DNA from: an uncultured Acidobacteriota bacterium
GTDB taxonomy: Bacteria > Acidobacteriota > UBA6911
Direction of reading: 5' to 3'
Assembly: GCA_963827655.1 (NCBI GenBank)
Contig: CAWHCF010000001.1
Coordinates: 48,399-112,398 of the forward strand
Length of the DNA stretch: 64,000 nucleotides
Part shown: positions 20,175 to 29,800 of the stretch, in pieces
Position numbering within the stretch: position 1 is the first letter of the stretch
Layout: each line of letters starts with the position of its first letter
Made by a program: the position numbers and the translations under genes
Notes under the pieces: generated by a model
What the model was told of the DNA's origin: nothing
Databases searched by the model: none
Seen by the model: only the letters and a program-made list of their open reading frames with translations

Positions 20175-21535
20175 TCAGCTCCCCCTCTCAAAGTGACGCA
20201 CGGGCGAATGGCGGTCTTCGGAATAAGACTGGGCCAGTAAACAATCTGCTTGTGCGGCGTGGGGCGCCCCACCTCGAGTCCGCAAGACGTCGGAATACCG
20301 CACAGGATGTGGGTGATCATTTCGCGGGAGATCTTCTCCGCGCTCTTGGGATCGTCCACGAGGAACGCCATCCGGAGATAGACTTCGTCCGGATCCTCGG
20401 CTCGACGGGACATATCTCCGTGGACTCCGTCGTAGCCGAAGATCGAAACCAGGTGGTCATGATATCGGATCCCGAGTTTTTCAAGCCTCTTCAAAACCAG
20501 ATCGGCGCTGGCGCGGGCCTTCGCCACACAATCCGGCCAGGTGTAGACCAGGCCGACGGAAATCTGGTAGCGGCCCTCGTAGCTCATCGAGACCTTGTAG
20601 GTGGAGGTTGGAGGATGACCACGCACACCGCGGACCCGCACCCGATTGCCTCCGAGATCCTCCATCTCGACCTGGGTAATATCGCTGATCACATCAGCCA
20701 CGATGTAAGCTGCCGGATCTCCGATTTCGTAGAGGAGTTGCTCCTTCAACACTGCCGGAGTTATCAGTCCTCCCTGGCCCGGATGGAGCGTGATGATCAG
20801 CGAGCCGTCTTCGCCAACCTCGCCGATGGGAAACCCGAGATTGGCAAGGTCGGGGACATCCTGCCAGCCCCCGTTGAAATTACCCCCTGAAGCCTGGCCG
20901 CCGCATTCGAGCAGGTGTCCGGCCATCGTCCCTTTAGCCAGGAGTTCGTACTGCGTCGGCTCCCAGCCGAACTCATGAATCATGGGACCGAGCGCGAGCG
21001 CCGCATCGTTCACGCGTCCGGTCACAACGATATCGGCCCCCCGGTCAAGCGCTTCGGCAATCGGAAAGGCGCCGAAGTACGCGTTGGCGGACAGAATCTG
21101 GCCCGGGATCTCCTTCTGGGACGCGCCGGTGTCGAAATGCCGCAGGTCGATTCCCATACGAGCGAGCGACTCGAGCTGAGGCATGAGATCGTCGCCGTAA
21201 ACCACCCCGACCTTCACTTCCGGAAAGCCGGCTTCGCGCGTCATCGCCACCAGGGCGTCGGCAAGACCGAGGGGGTTTAGACCGCCGGCATCTGCGATCA
21301 GCCGTACTCGATTCTGCCGCAAAAGTGGCAACGCCGTTTTTACCAGCGGCACGAAATCGTGGGCGTACCCCATGCTCGGATCTTTCAGGCGTTGCTTCTG
21401 CAAGATCGACATTGTGATTTCGGCCAGGTAATCCATGATGACGTAGTCGAGCGGTCCGCCCCGGAGGAGGTCCAGCAGGGCGTCGTTGCGATCGCCCCAG
21501 TATCCGAGCCCGCCGCCAATTCGAATAGTCTTCAT
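20171..21535 (-). CDS. Acyclic terpene utilization AtuA family protein (DUF1446)
   Basis: GYWGD, DYLAEITMSIL, SANAYFGAFPIAEALDRGADIVVTGR, GHLLECGGQ, EQLLYEI. Start placed at MKTIRIG. Confidence 0.88.
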   Translation of the reverse strand: MKTIRIGGGLGYWGDRNDALLDLLRGGPLDYVIMDYLAEITMSILQKQRLKDPSMGYAHDFVPLVKTALPLLRQNRVRLIADAGGLNPLGLADALVAMTREAGFPEVKVGVVYGDDLMPQLESLARMGIDLRHFDTGASQKEIPGQILSANAYFGAFPIAEALDRGADIVVTGRVNDAALALGPMIHEFGWEPTQYELLAKGTMAGHLLECGGQASGGNFNGGWQDVPDLANLGFPIGEVGEDGSLIITLHPGQGGLITPAVLKEQLLYEIGDPAAYIVADVISDITQVEMEDLGGNRVRVRGVRGHPPTSTYKVSMSYEGRYQISVGLVYTWPDCVAKARASADLVLKRLEKLGIRYHDHLVSIFGYDGVHGDMSRRAEDPDEVYLRMAFLVDDPKSAEKISREMITHILCGIPTSCGLEVGRPTPHKQIVYWPSLIPKTAIRPCVTLRGGAE

Positions 21536-21555
21536 TTCCGCTGCAACCTCGTGCA

Positions 21556-21604
21556 AATCGTCAATCGCGATCAATCGTCAATCGTCAATCGTCAATCGTG
21601 AATC
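21556..21604. repeat. (AATCGTC)n heptamer array
   Basis: About 6 units abutting the enoyl-CoA hydratase stop codon. Confidence 0.85.
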
Positions 21605-22365
21605 ATTCAATCCAGTGTGGCTTTCGCTTCTCGAGAAAGGCGCGAATGCCTTCCTTACTGTCTTCCGTCTTCATCAAGCGCGCCAGGGCCGATTCCAGGT
21701 ATTCGAGTGCGGACGGAAGCGGGAGATCTTCCACGGCAGCGATCGCCTCTTTTCCCAGCCGGAGAATGCAGCCGCTTTTCTCGGCAAGGCGTCGCACGAA
21801 TGCATGCGGCCGCCCCGTCGAAGGTTTCGCGGGGATAGACCTGGTTGACGATTCCGCAATCGCGGGCGGCCTCGGCTGACATACGTTCCCCCAGGAAGAT
21901 CATTTCGGTAGCCTTCTTGCGCCCTACCACCCGGTAGAGCAGTGCCAGAACCATCATGGGAAACATTCCGACGTGAATCTCCGGCGTGGAAAAGTGAATG
22001 TCTTCGCAGGCAAGCGACAGGTCGCACGCGAGGAAGAGGCCGAGGCCGCCGGCCATAACGTGTCCTCGCGCCAGCGCTACGGTCGGTTTCGGGCATTGGT
22101 GGATCTCGAGCAGAAGCTGGCGGAAATCGCTTCGTCCGAAGCGATCGCCTTCCCCGAGCGCGGCTTTCAGATCCGCGCCGGCGCAGAAGACCTGATCACC
22201 CTCGCCGGTCAGGGTAATGACCCGAATGTCGGACCTGTCAGCCGCATCGCGCAACGAACGCCGCAGTCCTGCGAGAACGGCGTTATTCAGGGCATTGCGC
22301 TGTTGGGGGCGGTTGATCGCTATGCGGGCGACACCTTGCTCGAATGACGTCAGGACTTCGCTCAT
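21603..22365 (-). CDS. Enoyl-CoA hydratase/isomerase family protein (frameshift near 21800)
   Basis: INRPQQRNAL, FCAGADL, AGGLGL, PEIHVG; C-terminus EDSKEGIRAFLEKRKPHW lies in another frame (21603..21797). Confidence 0.88.
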
Positions 22366-22410
22366 GGCAGGGGTCTAACCACGAAGACGCAAAGAGACAA
22401 GCACCGAGTT

Positions 22411-23967
22411 TCACACAGGGGTGACGGTATTCTTCCGCCATGGTCGTTCGACTTTCTTGTTTCTTGTGGCTTTAAGAGCCCGGATCAATAGCGGGCGCGT
22501 GTTGCGCGGGTCTATGATGTCGTCGACGCCGCCCCAGCCGGCAGTCTTGTAAATGTCAATCTCTGCGAGAATGTTGGCCCGCATCCGCTCGCGCACTTCG
22601 GGGGCCATCTTGTCGAGACCCCCCGTTTTGATCGCGTGGATCCCCACCATCCCGTCGGCCCCCATGACTGCGATCTCGGCGGTCGGCCACGCCACCAGGT
22701 AATCCGGCTCATAGTGTTTGCCGCACATGACGTAGTACCCTGCCCCGTAAGACTTCCGCAGCACCACCGTGAGTTTAGGCACGCTGGCATTCGCGGTGGC
22801 AAAGAGCATTTTCGCTCCATGGCGGATGATTCCCTGCTGTTCGACCTTGGAACCAACCATGAAACCGGGAACATCGACCAGATAGAGCAGCGGGATATTA
22901 AAAGAGTCACACAGATTGATGAAGCGCGCCGCCTTGTCCGCGGCGTCCACGTCGAGAACTCCACCCAGATGCTTCGGGTTGTTGGCCACGATTCCGACGC
23001 TATATCCGCCCATGCGGGCAAGGCAAGTGATGATGTTCTTTGCCCACTTCCGCTTGACGTCAAAATAGTCGCCATTGTCGGTGATCGCCCGGATCAAATT
23101 GTACATGTCGTAGCTTCCACGCGGATTCTCGGGCAGAAGATCGAGAATCGACTCCTCCCGGCGGTCGTGCGGATCGTTGCACTCGATGACCGCAGGCCTC
23201 TCGTGGCAGTTGCTCGGGAAATAAGAAAGGTACTTCTTGACCGCATCAAGACAGTCGGCGTCGTTCTGGGCCAGGTAGTCTCCCATGCCGCTGACGCTGC
23301 AGTGCATTTCGGCGCCGCCCAGGCTTTCCTCGTCAATGACCTCTCCGACAGCCGCACGCACGAGGGCCGGACCCGCAAGCGCCATGGACGAAGTGCCCCT
23401 GACCATGGGGACAAAGTCCGCAAGACCGGGAATGTAGCCGGTCCCGGCCGCACCGGGGCCGACCATCGCAGCCACCTGAGGCACGACGCCGCTCATGAAC
23501 ACCTGGTCGCGAAAGAGATCTCCGGAGTCGGCGAACAGCGAGACGCCGTCCTGCATGCTGTCATCAGGATCAATCCGGGCGCCGGCAGAGTCGATGAGCC
23601 AGACCACCGGGATGCGCTGCTTCAGAGCCAGGTCGCGCAGACGGCGGCATTTCGCGTCTCCCACCCGGCCGATGGAACCCCCTTTGACCGTGAAGTCGTA
23701 CGATATGACAGCGACGCCGCGGCCCGAAATCTCGCCCATTCCAATCACGACGCCGTCGGCGGGGACCAGGTCACGCTTCGGAGTCCCCATCTGAGTCGCA
23801 TGCATGCCGTATTCGAGGAAGCTGCCGGGATCCAGCAGGTAATCGAGTCTTTCGCGGGCCGTCATCTTCCCGCGCTCCTTCTGCCTGGCAACCCGCTTCT
23901 CGCCTCCCATGCCCAGGACTTGAAGGCGGCGTTCCTCGAGTCGCCTTACTTCCTCACGCATGGTCAT
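22411..23967 (-). CDS. Acyl-CoA carboxylase carboxyltransferase (beta) subunit
   Basis: GKMTARERL, DFTVKGGS, DSAGARI, DVPGFMVG, EIAVMG, DDIIDP. Confidence 0.92.
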   Translation of the reverse strand: MTMREEVRRLEERRLQVLGMGGEKRVARQKERGKMTARERLDYLLDPGSFLEYGMHATQMGTPKRDLVPADGVVIGMGEISGRGVAVISYDFTVKGGSIGRVGDAKCRRLRDLALKQRIPVVWLIDSAGARIDPDDSMQDGVSLFADSGDLFRDQVFMSGVVPQVAAMVGPGAAGTGYIPGLADFVPMVRGTSSMALAGPALVRAAVGEVIDEESLGGAEMHCSVSGMGDYLAQNDADCLDAVKKYLSYFPSNCHERPAVIECNDPHDRREESILDLLPENPRGSYDMYNLIRAITDNGDYFDVKRKWAKNIITCLARMGGYSVGIVANNPKHLGGVLDVDAADKAARFINLCDSFNIPLLYLVDVPGFMVGSKVEQQGIIRHGAKMLFATANASVPKLTVVLRKSYGAGYYVMCGKHYEPDYLVAWPTAEIAVMGADGMVGIHAIKTGGLDKMAPEVRERMRANILAEIDIYKTAGWGGVDDIIDPRNTRPLLIRALKATRNKKVERPWRKNTVTPV

Positions 23968-25124
23968 TGCTTCAATCCTTCCAGCTTCGCGACGATCTCT
24001 TTCATCACTTCATCCGAGCCGCCGCCGATAGTGAACAACCGATTGTCCCGATATGAGCGGGCGATGGGATACTCTTCCATATAGCCGTAGCCGCCATACA
24101 TCTGCAGGCAGCTATCGACGACGAACTTGGATACCTGGCCGGCGAAGAGCTTGCACATCGAGATCTGCTTGGTTGCGTCTTCTCCGTTATTGAAGCGGTA
24201 GGCGCATTCGTAAACCATGGAACGGAGCGCAGTCATTTGAGTGAGCATATCGACAAAGCGATGCTGGTTTACTTGAAAGGAGGAAATCGGCCGGCCAAAC
24301 ACACGGCGCGTGCGAGTGTATTCCTTGGTTCGCTCGTAGGTCACAAACGTGGAGGCCATGGCAGAAACACACGCAATGAGTCGTTCGTCTTGAAATTGCT
24401 GCATCTGGTAGATAAATCCCATGCCCTCCTCCCCGATGCGGTAGTCGAGCGGGATGCGCACGTCGTCGAGAATCAGTTCGGCGGTGTCGGAGCAATGATT
24501 CCCGAGCTTTTTCAGCTTTCTCCCCACCGAGAAGCCCGGCTGATCGGTGGGAACCACGAGCAGGCTGAAGCCATGATGCCCTTTCTCAGGATCTGTCTTG
24601 CACAGCAGCGTGACGAAATTAGCCTGAGTGCCGTTCGTGATAAACATCTTGCGGCCGTTTACGAGATAGTGATCGCCGTTGCGCCGCGCCCGCGTCTGGA
24701 TACTTGCCACATCGGAACCGGCCCCGGGCTCGGTTACGGCTATCGAGCAGATGTAGTCCCCTTTGATCGCAGGCTCCAGGAATTTTCTTTTCAGCTCTTG
24801 CGAGCCGTAGCGGGCCAGCGCCGGAGTGGCCATGTCCGTCTGCACCGTGATCCCGACGCCGAAACCTCCAGCCGGAACGCGGGCGAGCTCTTCGGCCAGA
24901 ATCACGGTGTACCAGTAATCGGCATTCATCCCTCCGTATTCCTCGGGATAACGAAGGCCGAGGAAGCCCATCTCTCCCATGCGCTTCCATACCCAGCGGG
25001 GAACAAGTTCATCTCTCTCCCAATCGTCAACGTGAGGTATCACCTCCTTGGCAAGAAACGAGCGCAGGGTCGCGCGAAACATGTCATGTTCTTCGGTGAA
25101 GGGAGAAAAAGGTGGAGCAACCAT
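23964..25124 (-). CDS. Acyl-CoA dehydrogenase (AtuD/long-chain type)
   Basis: TEPGAGSDVA, NGRKMFITNG, CLQMYGGYGYMEEYPI, IGGGSDEVMK; GGAG SD before ATG 25124. Confidence 0.92.
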   Translation of the reverse strand: MVAPPFSPFTEEHDMFRATLRSFLAKEVIPHVDDWERDELVPRWVWKRMGEMGFLGLRYPEEYGGMNADYWYTVILAEELARVPAGGFGVGITVQTDMATPALARYGSQELKRKFLEPAIKGDYICSIAVTEPGAGSDVASIQTRARRNGDHYLVNGRKMFITNGTQANFVTLLCKTDPEKGHHGFSLLVVPTDQPGFSVGRKLKKLGNHCSDTAELILDDVRIPLDYRIGEEGMGFIYQMQQFQDERLIACVSAMASTFVTYERTKEYTRTRRVFGRPISSFQVNQHRFVDMLTQMTALRSMVYECAYRFNNGEDATKQISMCKLFAGQVSKFVVDSCLQMYGGYGYMEEYPIARSYRDNRLFTIGGGSDEVMKEIVAKLEGLKQ

Positions 25125-25269
25125 CCCGAGTACTCCATATTCAAGGGATTCTGTTCGGTTCCGATTTCGAAAAAATATCATTTCGGGCACCAAACTTCAC
25201 TGACATTCTCACTCCCCGGCGCGAAGAATCGCGAATACCGGGCACGCCGACTAGCTTTCCCACTTTGGC

Positions 25270-25286
25270 GATGTATACTATACATC
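25270..25286. promoter_or_regulatory. Perfect palindromic operator overlapping a -10 box (TATACT)
   Basis: GATGTATA-C-TATACATC upstream of the RHH antitoxin gene. Confidence 0.55.
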
Positions 25287-25293
25287 ACAACCC

Positions 25294-25321
25294 GATTGAC
25301 CGTTGACGATTGACGATTTAC
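25294..25321. repeat. (GATTGAC)n heptamer array
   Basis: 4 units between the operator and the antitoxin start codon. Confidence 0.8.
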
Positions 25322-25333
25322 CCTTGTAAGACC

Positions 25334-25594
25334 ATGAAACGGACTCAGCTTTATCTTGATGAAGAGATGGCAAGAACCCTGGCCAGGTTGAGCCGCCAGA
25401 AAGGCACGACAATTTCTGAACTCGTGCGTGAAAGCGTGCACGAAAAGTACATGACTGTGAGGGCGGACGGAAAGGCGGCTCTGGCACGGCAACTCAGCGG
25501 CATCTGGGCCAAGAGGAGAGACCTGGCAAAAATCGATCAAGTCATTCGCACACTGCGAAAAGGGGCGCGCCTCAAGAGGTTCGGGCTTGACTGA
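25334..25594 (+). CDS. CopG/ribbon-helix-helix antitoxin
   Basis: MKRTQLYLDE...ISELVRESV...LSGIW; overlaps the PIN gene. Confidence 0.85.
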   Translation: MKRTQLYLDEEMARTLARLSRQKGTTISELVRESVHEKYMTVRADGKAALARQLSGIWAKRRDLAKIDQVIRTLRKGARLKRFGLD

Positions 25595-25973
25595 GATCTT
25601 GCTCGACTCTGATGTGATCATAGCGTGGCTGCGTGGCTACCATCCCTTTTCCAAGCTCATACCCGAACTCCTGAATGAAGGGAATTCGCTTGGCTGGACA
25701 CCGGTTTCGGTCGCTGAAATCTTCGCGGGTGTACGGAAAACTGAGGAGCAGCAGGTCTCCAACCTGTTTCTCATTCTCGAGTTCGTCCCTCTATCCGTAG
25801 AGATCGGCAGGAAGGCCGGATACTATTTGCAGGCTTATTCAAGGTCGCACCACGTCGAGCTGGGCGATGCCCTGATAGCTGCGGCCGCCTGCCTGAACGA
25901 CAAGCCTCTCTGGACTCTCAACAAAAAACACTATCCGATGAAGGACGTCCGTTTCTATTCACCTCGGGCGTGA
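25587..25973 (+). CDS. vapC: PIN-domain toxin (VapC family)
   Basis: ILLDSDVII, SVAEIFAG, LGDALIAA, WTLNKKHYP. Confidence 0.9.
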   Translation: MTEILLDSDVIIAWLRGYHPFSKLIPELLNEGNSLGWTPVSVAEIFAGVRKTEEQQVSNLFLILEFVPLSVEIGRKAGYYLQAYSRSHHVELGDALIAAAACLNDKPLWTLNKKHYPMKDVRFYSPRA

Positions 25974-26070
25974 CGCGAAGGCTTTGCGTACCGGCGTCTT
26001 TGTGGTTGAATAGTCCGGACCAGAATCAGCCGCAAAGACACAAAGACCCAGTAATCCGCCGGGTTCCGAT

Positions 26071-27206
26071 TTGAAGATAGACCGGGTTGAAACTTTCTTG
26101 CTTCGAGCCCCGCTGGCGCGCGCTTTCGCGTACTCTCAGGCCTGGTACCGGGAACGTACCGCCCTGATTGTCCGAGTTGTGACGGACGATGGATTGGAGG
26201 GCATCGGCGAGTGCTTTGGACCCGCCGCGGCAGTCTCCGCCGTGATTGAAAGCCTGTACGCGCCTGCTTTGATCGGCGCCGACCCGCTGGAAAACGAAGT
26301 CCTCTGGGACCGGTTGTACAACATGCTGCGCGATCATGGCCGCAAGGGTTTGCCGATCGAAGCTCTCAGCGGTATCGACATCGCCCTGTGGGATCTCAAA
26401 GGCAAATCGACAGGGCTTCCGGTTCACAAGCTGCTGGGCGGCTCATTCCGCAGCAAGGTCCAACCGTATGCAACCGGCTTCTATCGACACGATAGCATCG
26501 GAAACCAGGATGAAGCCCTGTGCGGCGAAGCCGAGGGCTACCTCGAAGCAGGACTCAGAGCGATGAAAATCAAGGTGGGCTTTGGCTTGCTGGAAGACCA
26601 GCGCACGGCGCGCGCCATTCGCCGTGTCACCGGCGACCAGGTTCGCTTGATGGCCGATGCGAATCACGCTTACGATGCGTCGACCGCAATCCGGCTGGGA
26701 CGAGTCCTGGAGGAGGAGCAATATGACTGGTTTGAAGAACCGGTCACGCCAGAGGACACCGAAGGATATCGATTGGTTCGAGACGCTATCGACGTTCCGA
26801 TTGCCGGGGGGAGGCTGAATTCACTCGCTTCGGCATGAAGAAGCTGATCGTGAATCGACTGGTGGACATTGTCCAACCCGATTGCTGCGCCACCGGCGGG
26901 TTGACGGAGGCCCGGCGCATTGCGGTTCTGGCCAACACCTTCGGGGTTCAGTGCGTTCCCCATGTTTGGGGCACCCGGATCGCCATGGCCGCCGCATTGC
27001 ATTTTATCGCATCGCTTCCGCCCACGCCGCCCTCGCTCGCGCCCGCGGAGCCGCTGCTGGAATACGACTGCTCACTCAATCCACTGCGAGAGGCGGTGAT
27101 CAACGAACAGATCACTCCGGATCGCGAAGGCATGGTGGAAGTACCTCAGGCGCCTGGCCTCGGCGTCACGTTGAACCTCGAATTCGTACGGCCCAAAAAT
27201 CGGTGA
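26071..27206 (+). CDS. Mandelate racemase/muconate lactonizing family enzyme (D-galactarolactone cycloisomerase-like); -1 frameshift in G-run 26806-26811
   Basis: SGIDIALWDLKGK, KIKVGFG, MADANHAY, WFEEP; adding one G gives IAGGEAEFTRFG, then DIVQPD, PHVWG and PGLGV. Confidence 0.88.
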
Positions 27207-27274
27207 CAGGCGCGTGATCTCAGTGGCGGATCTCGTTGACGCTTACCTCAGTTCTGAAATAAGGTGCCTGTCAC
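27203..27274. repeat. REP-like hairpin (GTGACAGGC...GCCTGTCAC family)
   Basis: 9-bp terminal inverted repeat, same family as 38313-38403. Confidence 0.6.
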
Positions 27275-27278
27275 CTAA

Positions 27279-27504
27279 GGGCTCGCGCAGAAATAACTTC
27301 ACATTCTGGCGCGAGGGTCGGTGCTCAATCATGGACTGGTTTCTGTTTGCTAACACGCTGAGGATCGCGCCCCTTCGGGCTGCGCAGCCCGCTGGCTTTG
27401 TTGCTCGCTCCTCACGTACCGCACCGGGTACGCATCGTCGCTCGCGCCTCGCCAGCGGGCCTGGGGGCCTGCAGCAGAATGCGAACTTATTTCTGCGCGA
27501 AGCC
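27279..27504. mobile_element. 226-bp MITE with 18-bp terminal inverted repeats and TAA target duplication
   Basis: TAA|GGGCTCGCGCAGAAATAA ... TTATTTCTGCGCGAAGCC|TAA (16/18 match); no transposase inside. Confidence 0.7.
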
Positions 27505-27534
27505 TAAGAAACGCAAAATCGTGGAGGTTTCTGT

Positions 27535-28560
27535 ATGAACCGGAATCGACTCATGCTTCTGATTGCTTTCCTGGCGCCGTCTCCCGTCCTGGGCGAGGTC
27601 CACAAAGTGGAAGCCAAGGTCTACTACCGCACGTTCTTTCGCGGGCATCCAGTCTTGCAGCGCATAAAACCCGGCGACCGTGTTATCACCAAGACCATCG
27701 ATGCGGCGGGCCAGGACGACAAGGGAGTCCAGCGTCATCCGGAACCGGGCAACCCGCTCACCGGACCGTTCTACATTGAAGGAGCCGAGCCGGGAGATGC
27801 GCTCGTCGTGCGTTTCGTGCGCGTCAGCATGAACCGTAACTGGGGATATACCCAGTATCGCCTGGGACTCTTCTCCTTGACCCCCGAGTACGTGGAGACC
27901 ATCTACCCCAACAAGTACAAGGAGAATTTGATTCACAAAGGCCGCGCCAATACGGTGCCATGGGATCTTGACCTGGAGCGCAAGGTGGCGCGGCTGCGAG
28001 AGCCAGTCAGCAGTCGAATCAAGCTGGAGTTTCCCACCAAACCCATGCTCGGATGCGTGGGGGTGGCCCCAGGCGGCGATTTTGCGCCAACCTCGGGTCC
28101 GTCGGGATCCTACGGCGGCAACCTGGACTACAACGAGATCGGCGAAGGCGCTACCGTGATACTGCCGGTCTATCATCCGGGCGCGCTCCTCTTTCTCGGG
28201 GACGGGCACGCGCTTCAGGGCGACGGTGAGCCGACCGGGACCGGCATCGAGACTTCACTGGACGTCGAATTCGAGGTTGAGGTACGGAAGAAAGCGGGCG
28301 TGAGCGGGCCACGGGTCGAAACCAGCGATTACATCATCAGCATAGGCAGCCAGCCCGAATTTGCCAGCTCGCTCGATAATGCTCTGAAAATGGCCACGAC
28401 CGACATGGCTCGCTGGCTCGTGAACGAGTATCAACTGGAACCTTGGGCCGCGCACCTTCTCATCGGCTATCAGGCCCGCTACGACGTGGTGACCGTGATG
28501 GGTTCGATGGCGCTGAAAATCCCCAAGAAATATCTGCCGCAACGAACGGCGCCGCGCTGA
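27535..28560 (+). CDS. Acetamidase/formamidase family protein with signal peptide
   Basis: NPLTGPFYIEGAEPGDAL, PMLGCVGVAP, GGNLD, GDGHALQGDGE; GGAGG SD. Confidence 0.9.
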   Translation: MNRNRLMLLIAFLAPSPVLGEVHKVEAKVYYRTFFRGHPVLQRIKPGDRVITKTIDAAGQDDKGVQRHPEPGNPLTGPFYIEGAEPGDALVVRFVRVSMNRNWGYTQYRLGLFSLTPEYVETIYPNKYKENLIHKGRANTVPWDLDLERKVARLREPVSSRIKLEFPTKPMLGCVGVAPGGDFAPTSGPSGSYGGNLDYNEIGEGATVILPVYHPGALLFLGDGHALQGDGEPTGTGIETSLDVEFEVEVRKKAGVSGPRVETSDYIISIGSQPEFASSLDNALKMATTDMARWLVNEYQLEPWAAHLLIGYQARYDVVTVMGSMALKIPKKYLPQRTAPR

Positions 28561-28823
28561 ACCAACGTTGAGATCGAGAACAAGGAGGTGGTGTGGGCGG
28601 CGCTGGAGGACTTCAAGAACTCCGGGCAGACTTCTCCGACTGTCTCATCGGGCGTCTGAATCAAGGCTCGGCTGCGACGAAACTGCGTCCTTCGACTCGG
28701 CAGTCAAGGGTCTGCCCGGCTTCCGATTGCTTTAACCCGACCTTGAACAACTTGCGTCTTCGTGTAACAAGACAAAAAACTTGTTTTCCGGGCAAGATTT
28801 CCACAAGCAGAGACAAAGCTTCT

Positions 28824-28888
28824 GCCACGGATTACACGAATTTCACAGAGCCAATTCAGATTTCGTGAAAATTCGTGGAATCCGTGGC
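28824..28888. repeat. Inverted nonamer-type repeat
   Basis: GCCACGGATTACACGAATTTCAC ... GTGAAAATTCGTGGAATCCGTGGC. Confidence 0.7.
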
Positions 28889-28991
28889 GAGTACTTGGTT
28901 GCGGTCATTCGGCCGCGCTGTGTTTGGCAGTTAGGGTAAAAACATCTCGCCGGAAATTGACCCTGCGCCTAACCAGGATAGGATCCATTGC

Positions 28992-29714
28992 ATGATTCCT
29001 TTGCGCGACGACAATCCCACATCGATAACGCCCGTTGTCACAATCGGACTGATCGCGATCAACGTCCTGGTGTTCTTCTACCAGGTCTCGCTTGGCCCTC
29101 GAGAGGAGGAGTTGCTGGTCTATCAGTACGGCTCCATACCGGCTGTTGTCTTCGGGTCCAGACAGTTGCCTTCAGACATTCAGGCCATTCCACCGACGTT
29201 CAGTCTCATCACCAGCATGTTCCTGCACGGCGGTTTCATGCATCTCATAGGCAACATGCTGTACCTGTGGATCTTTGGAAACAACATCGAAGACGCCATG
29301 AGTCATATCCGGTATGTCCTCTTTTATCTGGTCACCGGAATTGCGGCTTCATTGGCTCATGCGTTCACCAACCCGGGATCAACCGTACCAGCAATCGGCG
29401 CGAGTGGCGCTATTTCAGGAGTATTGGGAGCCTACCTTCTGCTCTATCCACGGGCCCAGGTTTTGGTCCTGATCCCCCTCGGCTTTTTCTCGCGTCTCAT
29501 GTACATACCCGCCGGGTTTGCTCTGGGCATCTGGTTTCTGTTTCAGCTCGTAAGCGGCGGCCTGAGCGCGGGTCAGCCGGGCGGTGGCGTGGCCTGGTTT
29601 GCGCATATCGGCGGTTTTCTTGCGGGTATGCTTCTGGTCGGAGCCTTCAAACGCCGCTCGGTCCGGTTCTTCAATCCAGCGCATCACCATTCCGGACGCG
29701 TCGAAAACTGGTAG
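28992..29714 (+). CDS. Rhomboid family intramembrane serine protease
   Basis: MIPLRDDNP, SMFLHGGFMHLIGNM, GASGAISG, AHIGGF. Confidence 0.93.
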   Translation: MIPLRDDNPTSITPVVTIGLIAINVLVFFYQVSLGPREEELLVYQYGSIPAVVFGSRQLPSDIQAIPPTFSLITSMFLHGGFMHLIGNMLYLWIFGNNIEDAMSHIRYVLFYLVTGIAASLAHAFTNPGSTVPAIGASGAISGVLGAYLLLYPRAQVLVLIPLGFFSRLMYIPAGFALGIWFLFQLVSGGLSAGQPGGGVAWFAHIGGFLAGMLLVGAFKRRSVRFFNPAHHHSGRVENW

Positions 29715-29800
29715 CGTCTTCGAGGTTAGGGCGGCAGAACAAAACACCAACCACGAAGACTCAAAGACTCGAAGAAGCGCTAAGAAGGATCACGAGGAGT

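Noticed and set aside
26800-26840. Programmed frameshifting or selenocysteine read-through in the split genes
   Set aside because: The breaks are frame changes, not in-frame TGA, and affect unrelated genes; error is the simpler explanation.
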